A stretch of 64,000 nt of DNA from Myxococcota bacterium (GTDB lineage Bacteria > Myxococcota_A > UBA9160 > UBA4427), in NCBI GenBank assembly GCA_965250285.1, contig OZ252299.1, positions 2,272,001 through 2,336,000 on the forward strand. The letters are read 5' to 3'. Position numbers and translations under genes: made by a program. Under the pieces are notes generated by a model. That model saw only the letters and a list, made by a program, of their open reading frames with translations. It was not told the DNA's origin and did no database searches. Positions 30,592 through 39,942 of the stretch are shown in pieces. Within the stretch, counting starts at the first letter, position 1; each line of letters opens with the position of its first letter.

Positions 30592-31080
30592 ATGCAGTCG
30601 CTCGAACAAGTCGCCCCCGCCTTCGTCGAAATGGCCCACAAGATCGTGTGGGCGAGCGTGGCCACCATCGACCGCCGCGATCGTCCGCGCAGTCGCGTGC
30701 TGCATCCGATCTGGCATTGGGACGGCACGCGCCTCGGCGGTTGGGTCGCAACGGGACCGACGCCCCTCAAGCGCGCGCACCTCGAGCACTCGCCCCACGT
30801 GTCGATCAACTACTGGACGCCGGATCAGGACACGTGCGTCGCCGAGTGTCGAGCGGTCTGGCACTTCGACCTCGAGACACGCGAGCGCATCTGGCGGCTC
30901 TTCGAAGAGACGCCGCCGCCGGTCGGCTACGACCCCGCGATCATCCCCGGGTGGGAGAAGCCGAGCGACGACGCCTTCGCGGCACTCGAGCTGATCCCGT
31001 GGCGGCTGCGCGTCTTCCCCGGCAGCGTGCTGATGGGTCAGGGCGGCGACGTGTTGACGTGGAAGGCGGACGACGCCTGA
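30592..31080 (+). CDS. Pyridoxamine 5'-phosphate oxidase-like split-barrel protein
   Basis: VATID...PRSRVLHPIW, K..HLEHSPHVSINYW. GAGGAG RBS. Confidence 0.85.
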   Translation: MQSLEQVAPAFVEMAHKIVWASVATIDRRDRPRSRVLHPIWHWDGTRLGGWVATGPTPLKRAHLEHSPHVSINYWTPDQDTCVAECRAVWHFDLETRERIWRLFEETPPPVGYDPAIIPGWEKPSDDAFAALELIPWRLRVFPGSVLMGQGGDVLTWKADDA

Positions 31081-31324
31081 ACGTGTCGGGGGCCGCCTGG
31101 CGGCGCGCGCGCTCATCGGCAACTCACCTGCAGCCATGCTTCGGCCGCACGCATCCGGTTTGGACGCACCTACATCCCGCGTCCAATCCCGTTCAGGATT
31201 GGACCCTCGCGGGCCTTCCGCCGAACGAATTCCGGGGCTCTGTGGCGGGTTCCGCTTTTCTTCGCGGCCGAGCTGCCGTTGAGTTCGGGATCGCCGGCAC
31301 GACGTTGTCGGCGGGAGAGCCCCG

Positions 31325-31660
31325 ATGTCGAATCACACCCATCGCATGCGCGCACACGGCCGCTCTTGGATCGCTGCCGGCGCGTTGCTGCTCGCCTGCG
31401 CGACGCCTGCGTTCGGGTTCTCCCCCGAGACGGCAGCGCCCCTGGGCGACGCGGCGCTCGAAGCGCCGGCTTCGCCCCAGGTCGAGACCGTGCTTCATGG
31501 CGCGGCCGCGACCGAGGACAGGGCCCGGCCGACCCTGATGCAGCGCATCACCGAGCGGCTTCGCCGCCTGCCGTTTCGGCCGGTCATGATCGGCGAGACG
31601 CCGCGCACGCCCGAAGACCCCGAGCCGGGGGCGGGCATGACCATCTTCATTCAGTTCTGA
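31325..31660 (+). CDS. Small exported hypothetical protein
   Basis: GGAGAG RBS; signal peptide (SWIAAGALLLACATPAFG); ends GMTIFIQF. Confidence 0.55.
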   Translation: MSNHTHRMRAHGRSWIAAGALLLACATPAFGFSPETAAPLGDAALEAPASPQVETVLHGAAATEDRARPTLMQRITERLRRLPFRPVMIGETPRTPEDPEPGAGMTIFIQF

Positions 31661-31721
31661 TCGTCGGTTCGGATCGAGACGCCGGAGCGCCGGTTCGAGC
31701 CATCGCCCCGGCCCGGCTTCG

Positions 31722-32450
31722 TCAGCTCGCGGGCATTCGCGCCTCGACCCAGCGCCGGTAGCGCTCGGGCGGGTAGAACGCGATCCAGGTCAGGACGGTC
31801 ATCGCGACGAGCATGAGGTTTGCGGCCGTCGAGATCCACCAGATGTCGATGATGCGGACGCCCATGAGGAGCGGCGTCGCCCACAGCGTCGCCGAGGCAC
31901 ACGCACCGACGGCAAAGCCCAGCCCCCAGACACGAAACCGTTCGACGACGAGCGGCTCGACGAGCCCGAGCTCGAGTCGACGCCGCAGCTTGCCCCAGTA
32001 GGCGAAGCCCTCGGCCGCGCCCCAGATCAACATGCAGGTGCTCGCGACATCGTTCAGCAGCTGTTCGAACGGACGAACCTGAATCGCGATCGGCGAGGTC
32101 GCGATGTGGAACGTACCGACGAGCGAGAGGGCGACGATGCTCGCCTGCAAGGCCCAGGGCCACCGGCTCCGCGGGTGATAGATCAGCCGGATCCCGGTCG
32201 TCATGATGGCGACCGTCCCCACCGAAAAACACGACGCGAAGATCACCGCACTGCGCGTGTCCTCGCTGACGCCGACGATGCCGTAGACGACGACGCGGAT
32301 GATCGAGCCCATGCCCGAGACGCAGAGCGCTGCGCCGTACGTGAGCTCGGGGGTCGCGCGGTTGCGGATGCCCGCCGCGACGAGTCGCGCGCCGAGCACG
32401 AGCGTCCCGATCAGGCTGATCAGGAACGCCATCATCATGAAGAGCTTCAT
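31722..32450 (-). CDS. Multi-pass (about 7 TM) membrane protein of unknown function, paralog of 43715-44479
   Basis: Hydrophobic helices; shared motifs PELxxG, RRRLxLGLxxPxVxxRF, AFxPPxxYR. Confidence 0.8.
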   Translation of the reverse strand: MKLFMMMAFLISLIGTLVLGARLVAAGIRNRATPELTYGAALCVSGMGSIIRVVVYGIVGVSEDTRSAVIFASCFSVGTVAIMTTGIRLIYHPRSRWPWALQASIVALSLVGTFHIATSPIAIQVRPFEQLLNDVASTCMLIWGAAEGFAYWGKLRRRLELGLVEPLVVERFRVWGLGFAVGACASATLWATPLLMGVRIIDIWWISTAANLMLVAMTVLTWIAFYPPERYRRWVEARMPAS

Positions 32451-32973
32451 GGCCGACCCCTCTTCGGACGATGCGCCTTCGACGGCGGCTCGCCTTCGCC
32501 TCGGTCGAGTTCGGCCAGCCGAGCGGCTTTCTGGAGCCGAATCGATCGCGCGCCGGGCCCGGACGCGCCGCGACGAATGGCTGCGGCCGTCGCGGCATGG
32601 TGGTGCGGCTCGGCCGCGTCGTCGGCTTCGAACAAGACGGGGCTTGTCCCGATTCCGGGACGCGCGCGCTCAGGCGCCGCAGGATCGACGCTCCGGCCCG
32701 CAGACGCGCGGAGGGGGATGGAGACGCGGGCAGCCACGCGACCGTACCGAACGCTCGTTCCTGGCCCGGTGAGCCAACTCGAACGGAATGACACACCGCT
32801 GAGCGATCGGTTTCCGCTTCCGTGATCCCGCATGCTAGATTGAACGACTGCGGAAGGATCCCCCCACCCTTCGGCTCGAGTTTCGAACACACTTCGAAGT
32901 CGACCGGCATCACAGCAACGAGGGTGGGAGGGACGCCGAGATCGCGGCCGTCCAGAGCCGCCCGAGGTGCACC

Positions 32974-34113
32974 ATGCCGAAGCCGATTCGTTTTGCTCTT
33001 TCTCCTGCCCTTCGCATCCACGACTCTTCGACAGCGCAACGCGTCTTAAGCACGGCGCTACTCGTGTGGCTCTGCTCCGTCGGGGTCGCGCTCGCACAAG
33101 ACGCGGCGCAGCCTGCGCCCGCGCCCACGCCCACGCCCGCACCCGCGAGCCAGGGCCCGTCGCTCGTCGAGCTGAAGGCGGCGGCGTACGACGCACAGCA
33201 GGCCGCGGCCGCGGCCGAGCAGGCCGCCGCAGCCGCCCAGGCCCACGCCGCTCAGGCGAAGTCCGCGATCGAGAGCGCGAGCACGCCCGCGCAGCCCGCG
33301 CCCGCGACGACGCCGCCGGTCTCGGCGCCGCCCTCTTCATCGATCATCGCGCAGCCCGGTCCGCCGCCGGCTCCGGTCGCGCCCCCGGCCCCGGCTCCGG
33401 CCCCGCCGCCGACGCCCGCGGCGACGCCGCCGCCCGCGCCCACGCCCGTCGTCGTCACGAAGTCGAGCTCGGCCGCCCCCGCCGAAGACGAGGTCACGCG
33501 CGAAGACCTCGACCGCGCGATGGAGAAGGCCGAGCAGGCGGCCGCGCAGGCCCGCAAGGCGATGGAAGAGCTCGAGGAGTACAAGGAGAAGCACAAGAAG
33601 CGCTTCGCTCGAAACGGCCTCTACCTGTCGGGCGGCGCCTTCTGGGCCCCCGAGCTCTTCGACGTGAACTCGGGGTACGACATCGACCCGTCGGTCGGCC
33701 TGTCGGGCGGCATCGGCTACCGCGTGCATCCGCACTTCTCGATCGACGCGACGTTCGTGTGGGCCGACGGCTTTGCCATCTCGAACCCCGACCTGGGAGC
33801 CGAGTGGGACAAGCTGCAGATGTGGAGCGCGCTCCTCGGCGGTCGCGTCTTCTTCCTCACCGGCAAGATCCAGCCCTACGCCGGCCTCGCGGTCGGCGCA
33901 TCGGGTGGGCGCACGAAGCTGCGCGATCCGTCGGGCGCCGTGCTCAGCGAGTTCAACGAGTACGGCGGCACCATCATGTTCAACGGGGGCTTCGACCTCT
34001 ACCTGTCCGAGAGCATCGCGCTCGGCGCAGACGCCGCGGTCTTCCTGCCGGGCGGGGGGCTGCGCGGGTTCGACTACTCGACGCTCGGCGCGAAGCTGAT
34101 CTACCGCTTCTAG
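32974..34113 (+). CDS. Outer-membrane beta-barrel (OmpA-like) with long Pro/Ala-rich and coiled-coil N-terminal extension
   Basis: Signal peptide; PAPAP-rich linker; barrel strands GLYLSGG, GIGYR, IQPYAGLAVG; terminal YRF. Start uncertain. Confidence 0.8.
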   Translation: MPKPIRFALSPALRIHDSSTAQRVLSTALLVWLCSVGVALAQDAAQPAPAPTPTPAPASQGPSLVELKAAAYDAQQAAAAAEQAAAAAQAHAAQAKSAIESASTPAQPAPATTPPVSAPPSSSIIAQPGPPPAPVAPPAPAPAPPPTPAATPPPAPTPVVVTKSSSAAPAEDEVTREDLDRAMEKAEQAAAQARKAMEELEEYKEKHKKRFARNGLYLSGGAFWAPELFDVNSGYDIDPSVGLSGGIGYRVHPHFSIDATFVWADGFAISNPDLGAEWDKLQMWSALLGGRVFFLTGKIQPYAGLAVGASGGRTKLRDPSGAVLSEFNEYGGTIMFNGGFDLYLSESIALGADAAVFLPGGGLRGFDYSTLGAKLIYRF

Positions 34114-34130
34114 CCCGGCCCATCGAACGT

Positions 34131-34170
34131 CGAAGCCGCCGTCCGGCCCCGAGCCGGTCGGCGGCTTCGT
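34131..34170 (+). terminator. Stem-loop downstream of the beta-barrel gene
   Basis: CGAAGCCGCCG / CGGCGGCTTCG 11-bp stem plus inner CCGGC / GCCGG; weak U tract. Confidence 0.6.
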
Positions 34171-34259
34171 GCATTCGGGCTCGCGAACGTCGACGAGCGT
34201 CGCTTCCAGGCCGTGGATGGACGCTGCGACGCAAGGGGCGCGCGCTACGCTCGCGCGCC

Positions 34260-35063
34260 ATGGAGCAGGAGCCCCTCGAACTCGCGCGCATCTTCGACCT
34301 CGAGCCGCATGGCCCGGATACCTTCGTCGGCGAGAGCCCCCACTACGAATGGGGTCGCATCTACGGCGGCCTCGTGGTCGCCCAGGCGCTCTGGGCCGCG
34401 ACGCAGACGGTCGATCCCCGCTTCTCGGTCCACTCGCTGCACGCCTACTTCATCCTCGGCGGCGAGCTCGGTGAGCCGGTGCGCTACGAGGTCGATCGGG
34501 TGCGCAACGGGCGCTCGTTCACGACGCGGCGGGTGAGCGCGCGCCAGAGCGGCGGCGCGATCCTGACGCTCGGCTGCTCGTTCCAGGTCGCCGAAGACGG
34601 CCCCGAGACGCAGCCGAACGAGTTTCCGGCCGACGTGCCGGCGCCCGAAGACCTGAAGCAGGACTGGGACGCCGGCCTCGTCCGAGCCCAGGTCGACACG
34701 CCCGACGCCCCGCCGCGCTCACGCATCTGGACCAAGTTCGCGCACCCGCTCGACGACGACCCGCGTCTGCTGGCCTGCGCCCTCGCCTATCTCACCGACA
34801 TGAACGCCGTCGGCGCGGTCTACGCTTCGCACCCCGAGGCGAAACACGACGACGAGGGCTTCATGGGCGCGAGCCTCGATCACGCGGTCTGGTTTCACCG
34901 GCCGATTCGTGCGGACGACTGGGTGCTCGTCGACATGCTCGGCCATGGCATGCTGCGCACGCGGGGCCTCGCGACGGGGATGCTCTTCGATCGTCACGGG
35001 ACTCAGGCGGCGACGGTGGCGCAGGAGGCGCTGCTGCGCGGGCCGAAGCGCAAGGCTGGCTAG
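34260..35063 (+). CDS. tesB: Acyl-CoA thioesterase II
   Basis: RIYGGLVVAQAL, VHSLHAYFI, RNGRSFTTRRV, LAYLTD, ASLDHAVWFH, VAQE. Confidence 0.92.
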   Translation: MEQEPLELARIFDLEPHGPDTFVGESPHYEWGRIYGGLVVAQALWAATQTVDPRFSVHSLHAYFILGGELGEPVRYEVDRVRNGRSFTTRRVSARQSGGAILTLGCSFQVAEDGPETQPNEFPADVPAPEDLKQDWDAGLVRAQVDTPDAPPRSRIWTKFAHPLDDDPRLLACALAYLTDMNAVGAVYASHPEAKHDDEGFMGASLDHAVWFHRPIRADDWVLVDMLGHGMLRTRGLATGMLFDRHGTQAATVAQEALLRGPKRKAG

Positions 35064-35381
35064 GGAACCTTTGCACGGTCCGCTGTGCCAGGGCCGGGGC
35101 AGGCGGGGGTACCGTGCTCAGACATTCTCGGCGCGACCCGCCTGGGAAGCTCGGATGTGGCGCACGTCGCGCCTGCGAACTGCGCGCGGTACCCCCGCCT
35201 GCCCCGGCCTCGGGACGCTTTGGTCAGAGCGCAGCACTCTCGGCCGGGAAGCGCTCGCGATGCGTCCCCTTGCCCTTCCGGTTCCAAGTCTCAGCCGCGA
35301 ACGTTGTCTGATCAGCCATCGACTTCACCTCCCAGCGCTCTTCTGGCATCGGGGGGGGCGAGCTCTGCAGAGACTCCCCAG
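35060..35381. mobile_element. About 320-bp non-autonomous MITE-like element, same family as 28752-28808
   Basis: Left end matches the 28752 element at 30/36 nt. Imperfect right end TGCAGAGACTCCCCAG. Perfect internal 23-bp inverted repeat at 35092-35114 / 35187-35209. Confidence 0.65.
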
Positions 35382-35411
35382 CCGCTCTGCAGGCCGCGAC
35401 GCGAAAGTCGC

Positions 35412-36602
35412 TCAGTAGCGATCGGAGCCCCAGGTGAACGGGGTGCCGGTCGGGAAGAGCGCGTCGAGCAGCTCGAGGTCGGCTGGCACAGCCGGCGCCG
35501 CGTGTTCGACGAGCGCCGACGTCACCGAGCGAAAGCCGAAGCACCACTGCAGCAGCACCGACGCGGGCACGGCGAGCTGCACGTCGCGTCGCGCACCCGA
35601 GCCGACCCCGTCGAGGGCCAACGTCTCGTCGAAGCCCGAGCCGCCAAAGGCGAGCGCCAGCGGCGGCAGCGCGAGCTCCTTCGAACGCGCATCGAGGCCG
35701 GGCCGCACCGCCGCGACGAAGCTCGCCGGGTCGAGCACCATGCCCATGCAGCCCGAGCGCTTCGGCACCCGCGTCCTCAGCTCGATGCCATAGCGCCGGG
35801 CCACGTCGCAGAAGGGGTGATCGGGCGGAATGCGGCCCCAGATGCGCGCATGCCCGGCGGCTCGCGCGAGTGCGCTCAGCTTGCGCGCGGCAAGGTCGTA
35901 GAAGGCCGGGTCGCGGGCGCCGACCTCCTTCAGCTCGAGCTCGTTCTCGGTCTCGATCACGCCGATGTAGCCGTCGTCGGTGATCCAGTGCGTATCGGGC
36001 TTGCGCACCATCCACGGCCAGTACTCGGGCGTGCGCACGAAGGTGCCGCTGCGCCCGGCATTCGTCTCGTTGTAGACATCGAGCACGAAGGCGACGTCGT
36101 CTTCGCTCTCGAGCAGCCGAAAGGGGTCGTCGGCAGCGGGCAGCGGTGGCACCGCCCGCGCGTCGAGGTCGATGCGGTACTCGGGCGCGATGGGGACACC
36201 CCCGAGCTTGACGTAGAGCCCCCCGCGCTGCGCGAAGCCCATCACCATCGTGAAGCCCTCGGCGACGACGTCACCGATGGCCTGGCGCGCGATCAGCGCC
36301 GGATAGCCCTTGAAGTTCTCGTCGGGTGAAGCGACGACCCCCTGGATGCCGGCGACGCGCAGCACGTTGCCCGCCACCCGCACCGAGAAGTCGAGGATCT
36401 GCCACTTCGCGGCGAGCCGGTCACCGTCGAAGGCGCCCCAGCACAGCGACGGCGGCATGTAGGGGCACGTGCGGTAGGCCGCGTCGAGCAGCTTGGTCAT
36501 GCCCGCGCGTTCGTCTTCGGTGCTCGCGAAGATGCCGGCCGTCATGGCCGCCGCGGCGGGCACGTCGTCTTCACCGAGTCTACGTACGTGAATGTCGGGC
36601 AT
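35412..36602 (-). CDS. GNAT-family acetyltransferase (Eis-like architecture)
   Basis: WGAFDGDRL, RVAGIQGVVASPDENFKGY, GLYVKLG, C-terminal LLDALFP..PFTWGSDRY. Confidence 0.75.
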   Translation of the reverse strand: MPDIHVRRLGEDDVPAAAAMTAGIFASTEDERAGMTKLLDAAYRTCPYMPPSLCWGAFDGDRLAAKWQILDFSVRVAGNVLRVAGIQGVVASPDENFKGYPALIARQAIGDVVAEGFTMVMGFAQRGGLYVKLGGVPIAPEYRIDLDARAVPPLPAADDPFRLLESEDDVAFVLDVYNETNAGRSGTFVRTPEYWPWMVRKPDTHWITDDGYIGVIETENELELKEVGARDPAFYDLAARKLSALARAAGHARIWGRIPPDHPFCDVARRYGIELRTRVPKRSGCMGMVLDPASFVAAVRPGLDARSKELALPPLALAFGGSGFDETLALDGVGSGARRDVQLAVPASVLLQWCFGFRSVTSALVEHAAPAVPADLELLDALFPTGTPFTWGSDRY

Positions 36603-36745
36603 GAGCTCGCAGGGGCTTCGCGGCCGCACGACCCGTGGAGATCGACGCAGACCGGATTCGAGGGCGGACGCAACCGGAACGCCGGGTATCCTAGCCGAGT
36701 CTCGGAGCGGGGCCGGGACGCTCGCCGCCCGACCGGGCTCGCCCC

Positions 36746-38035
36746 TTGCGCGATGCGAAGCCGGGACGACGCACCGACCCACCGCACGGAGCCCACTTGG
36801 CCGCCCAGCGAGACGACGCCCGACGAACCGACCGACCGAAGCGCGTCCTGCTGATCCTGCCCGACCTGCGCGGCGGGGGCGCCGAGCGCACCAGCCTCAA
36901 CGTGCGGCGCGCGCTCGAGGGCAGCGCCCTCGACGTCGAGATCGTGCTGATGGACGCGCGCGGCGAGTACCTCGATGCGCCCGAGCACCGCGACTACATG
37001 CTGCCGCCCGGTGCGTGGCTGCGCGCGCTCGCGCGCCGCTGCCCCCTCGACAGTCCCCAGCGCGCCCTGCTGCAGGTGCCGCAGATGATGCGGCTGTTGT
37101 GGGCCGAGCGACCCGACGTCGTCATGACGAGCATGGCCGACATCAGCATCCCGATGCGCGTCGCGCTCGCCCTGCTGCCGCGCCGGGTGCGGCCGTTCTG
37201 GATCGTGCGCGACGGCAACAACGCCAAGGTGGTGCTCGAAGAGGCGTATCCCCAGCCGACACTCCTGCGTGTGATCGAAGCGCTGTTTCGCTGGACCTAC
37301 CGGTCGGCCGACGTCGTGCTCGTGCCGTCGCGGGGCGTGGGCGATTGCCTCGTGCGCGACTACCAGATCGCCGAAGCGTCGATCCAGGTGATCGGCAACC
37401 CGACCGACGTCGCGCGCGTGCGCGAGCGGGCGCGCGAGGCGCCGACGCTTGCGCTGCCAAGTCGCTTCATCGCCGCCGTGGGTCGCCTCGCCGTGCAGAA
37501 AGGCGTCGATCTGCTGATTCGCGCCCTCGCCGAGCTCGACGATCGGGGCGTTTCGCTCGTCGTCTGCGGCGTCGGGCCCGAGCAGGCGGCGCTCGAGCGA
37601 CTCGCAAGCGAGCTCGGGGTGCGCGATCGCGTGGTGTTCGCCGGCTTTCAGGCGAACCCGTGGTCGATCATGGCCCGCGCCGACGCGTTCTGCCTGCCTT
37701 CACGGTGGGAGGGCTTCGGGCACGTCGTCGTCGAAGCGCTGGCGTGCGAAACACCGGTCGTGATCAGCGACTGCGACTTCGGCCCGGGCGAGATCGTGCG
37801 CGATGGGCGAGAGGGTTGGGTCGTTCCGCCCGACGACGCGGCCGCGCTCGCAAAGGCACTCGACGAGCTGCTCGCGCATCCCGAGACCGCGAAGGAGCGG
37901 GTCGAGGCCGGCATCCCGCGCGCCGAGGCGTTCGACATCGAGCCGATCACCGCGGCGTACGCGCGGCTCTTCGACCGCGGCGTGGCGTACGACCGAGCGT
38001 CGGGCGACGCGCCGAATCCACTCGACCCGCTCTGA
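36746..38035 (+). CDS. Glycosyltransferase family 4 (WabH-like)
   Basis: LPDLRGGGAER, IGNP, AVGRLAVQKG, LPSRWEGFGHVVVEALAC, DCDFGPGEI. Start uncertain. Confidence 0.9.
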   Translation: MRDAKPGRRTDPPHGAHLAAQRDDARRTDRPKRVLLILPDLRGGGAERTSLNVRRALEGSALDVEIVLMDARGEYLDAPEHRDYMLPPGAWLRALARRCPLDSPQRALLQVPQMMRLLWAERPDVVMTSMADISIPMRVALALLPRRVRPFWIVRDGNNAKVVLEEAYPQPTLLRVIEALFRWTYRSADVVLVPSRGVGDCLVRDYQIAEASIQVIGNPTDVARVRERAREAPTLALPSRFIAAVGRLAVQKGVDLLIRALAELDDRGVSLVVCGVGPEQAALERLASELGVRDRVVFAGFQANPWSIMARADAFCLPSRWEGFGHVVVEALACETPVVISDCDFGPGEIVRDGREGWVVPPDDAAALAKALDELLAHPETAKERVEAGIPRAEAFDIEPITAAYARLFDRGVAYDRASGDAPNPLDPL

Positions 38036-38063
38036 GCGCATCGTTCGGAAGACCGCGAAACGA

Positions 38064-38100
38064 GAACGCCCCTCCCGCCTCGAGGGCCGGAGGGGCGTTC
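38064..38100 (-). terminator. Terminator hairpin between convergent genes
   Basis: GAACGCCCCTCC / GGAGGGGCGTTC 12-bp stem; TCGTTTCG tail on the minus strand. Confidence 0.7.
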
Positions 38101-38141
38101 GTGATTCGATGGATCCAAGACGGATCCGCAAGTTCGCTCAG

Positions 38142-38717
38142 CTAGAAGGTGAACTTGCCGCCGAGCGTGTAGACGCCAGTCGCACCGCCGACGCCGCCCG
38201 TCTTGAAGCCAGGCGTCGCGTTGAGGCTGGCGTCGGTGTAGAGCCCCAGGTGGTCCGTGAGCATCCAGTCGAGGCCTACTCCGAGGCGGTAGATGAACGT
38301 GCCGGTCGACGGGCCGTTCTTCACGCCGCCACCGCCGCCACCCATGCCGGTCACGATGTAGGGTTGGAACGACTGCAGCGTCTTCGGCGAGAACAGTCCG
38401 ATCGGATACAGCTTGCCGTTGAAAGTCAGGCCCCACTGTCGCGACTTGAACGGGCCCTGGTCGCGCCCGCCCCAGTACAGGTCGACGTCGGCGCCGAGCC
38501 AGTGGATGAAGCGATAGCCCCCACCGATGTTGAAGCCGACGTTCGCATCGCCGCCCCCGAAGTTCGTCTTCGCGACGGCCAGACCGCCATAGGCGTACAG
38601 GCCCTTGGCGGCTTCGTACTTCGTCCCTGCGGCCTTGTTCTTGTCCTGTGCCTGCGCGCCGGCCAGCGGCAGCGCGATCAGCAGCGCCACCACGGCGCCC
38701 ATGATGATCGATCGCAT
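38142..38717 (-). CDS. Small outer-membrane beta-barrel (OmpA-like/porin family)
   Basis: Signal peptide; KYEAAKGLYAYGG, GGYRF, FQPY; terminal KFTF. Confidence 0.85.
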   Translation of the reverse strand: MRSIIMGAVVALLIALPLAGAQAQDKNKAAGTKYEAAKGLYAYGGLAVAKTNFGGGDANVGFNIGGGYRFIHWLGADVDLYWGGRDQGPFKSRQWGLTFNGKLYPIGLFSPKTLQSFQPYIVTGMGGGGGGVKNGPSTGTFIYRLGVGLDWMLTDHLGLYTDASLNATPGFKTGGVGGATGVYTLGGKFTF

Positions 38718-39066
38718 CGTCGATCCCCCCGAGATTGGAGTTGTCAGTACCCGTTCACCCAGGTGAGGCCGACTGAAGAAGCCCCGCGCCGAGTGGCGTC
38801 GTCCCCACATGCGCCGCATCCGACTCGCTGGACGCCCTGAGGGACCGCGCGAATTCTGACGGAGAACGAACCTCGACGCTACGAAACGAAGCGTCTTTTC
38901 GTCACATCGCCAGTTCCAAAACATCGTTCGAGTTCACACAGTCAGCGAATTCGTGGGCCGAGTCGCCCACCTTGGTCGCGCGGCGAGGGAGGGAATCCCT
39001 ACGAATCAGCCAGGCACGATCTCCAACCGATTCGGCTCGCGGGTCGGCCGCGCCGCGACGCCGGCG

Positions 39067-39678
39067 CTAGAAGCGAAACTTGAACCCGACCTGGCCGAGG
39101 CCCGTGAGCCCGCCGCCCGACGTGAGCCAATCCTTCGTGCCCGGCGTCACCAGCATGCTGCCCTCGCCGTAGAGGCCGAACGCGTCGGCCATCCACCAGT
39201 CGACGCCCGCCCCGAGACGAAACACGAACGTGCTCTGCTGCGGACCGTTGCCTCCGCCCGGCCCGGCCGACTCGGTGCGACCCCCGCCGAGCCCGGTGAC
39301 GACGTAGGGCTGCAGCGCATCGAGCGCGTCCGACCCGAAGAGCGCCACGGGATAGATCTTGCCATTCAGCGTCAGCGCGAACTGCTTCGCCTCGCCGCTC
39401 CCCTGGCTGCGCTTCGCCCAGAAGAACTCGACGTCGGCGGCCAGCCAGCTCGAGAAGCGATAGCCCTGGGCGACCGTGAAGCCGAGCAGCGGATCGATCT
39501 GGATCGTCGCCGTGTCGAAGTTCGTCTGCGACGCCGCGAACCCGCCCTGGACATAGGCACCCTTCGCCGCCTCGTACCGCGAGCTCGGCGCGGTTGCACT
39601 CGGCTCCTGGGCGCCTGCGGTCGCGGCGCCCCAACCGACGAGCAGCGCCAAGAAGACCGACGTTCCCCGATGATGCAT
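39067..39678 (-). CDS. Small outer-membrane beta-barrel, tandem paralog
   Basis: RYEAAKGAYVQGG, QGYRF, LTLNGKIYP, LQPY; terminal KFRF. Confidence 0.85.
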   Translation of the reverse strand: MHHRGTSVFLALLVGWGAATAGAQEPSATAPSSRYEAAKGAYVQGGFAASQTNFDTATIQIDPLLGFTVAQGYRFSSWLAADVEFFWAKRSQGSGEAKQFALTLNGKIYPVALFGSDALDALQPYVVTGLGGGRTESAGPGGGNGPQQSTFVFRLGAGVDWWMADAFGLYGEGSMLVTPGTKDWLTSGGGLTGLGQVGFKFRF

Positions 39679-39942
39679 GCCCTCTCCCCCTCCGGCCCAG
39701 GCCGCTTGCGCGTAGGCTGCGCCAGGCACCGTGGCCCCGCCAGCAGCGTGCGGCGAAGCTTCCTCAACCGGGTAGGCAAAGCCGGCGCCCGGCTCGAGCC
39801 GACCGCGTGGGCACGTTGCGTCGCCCCCGATCCTGAGGGACATTGCCTCGATACGAGACGCAGCGTCTCCTATCTCTCACAGCCGTTTCGCCTCGCCTTC
39901 GCCGGCCTCGTTCGGACGAGGCGGCCCTGCCGAAAGACCCCC

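Noticed and set aside
32451..32973. Long intergenic regions (also 26760-27186, 38718-39066, 48044-48381, 62564-62892) checked for riboswitches or ncRNA
   Set aside because: I could not recognise any riboswitch, tRNA or sRNA consensus by eye. An Rfam/Infernal scan would be needed to exclude them.
33100..33480. Repetitive GC-rich tract resembling a tandem repeat array
   Set aside because: It is explained by a Pro/Ala-rich protein linker and has no fixed repeat-spacer period, so it is not CRISPR.
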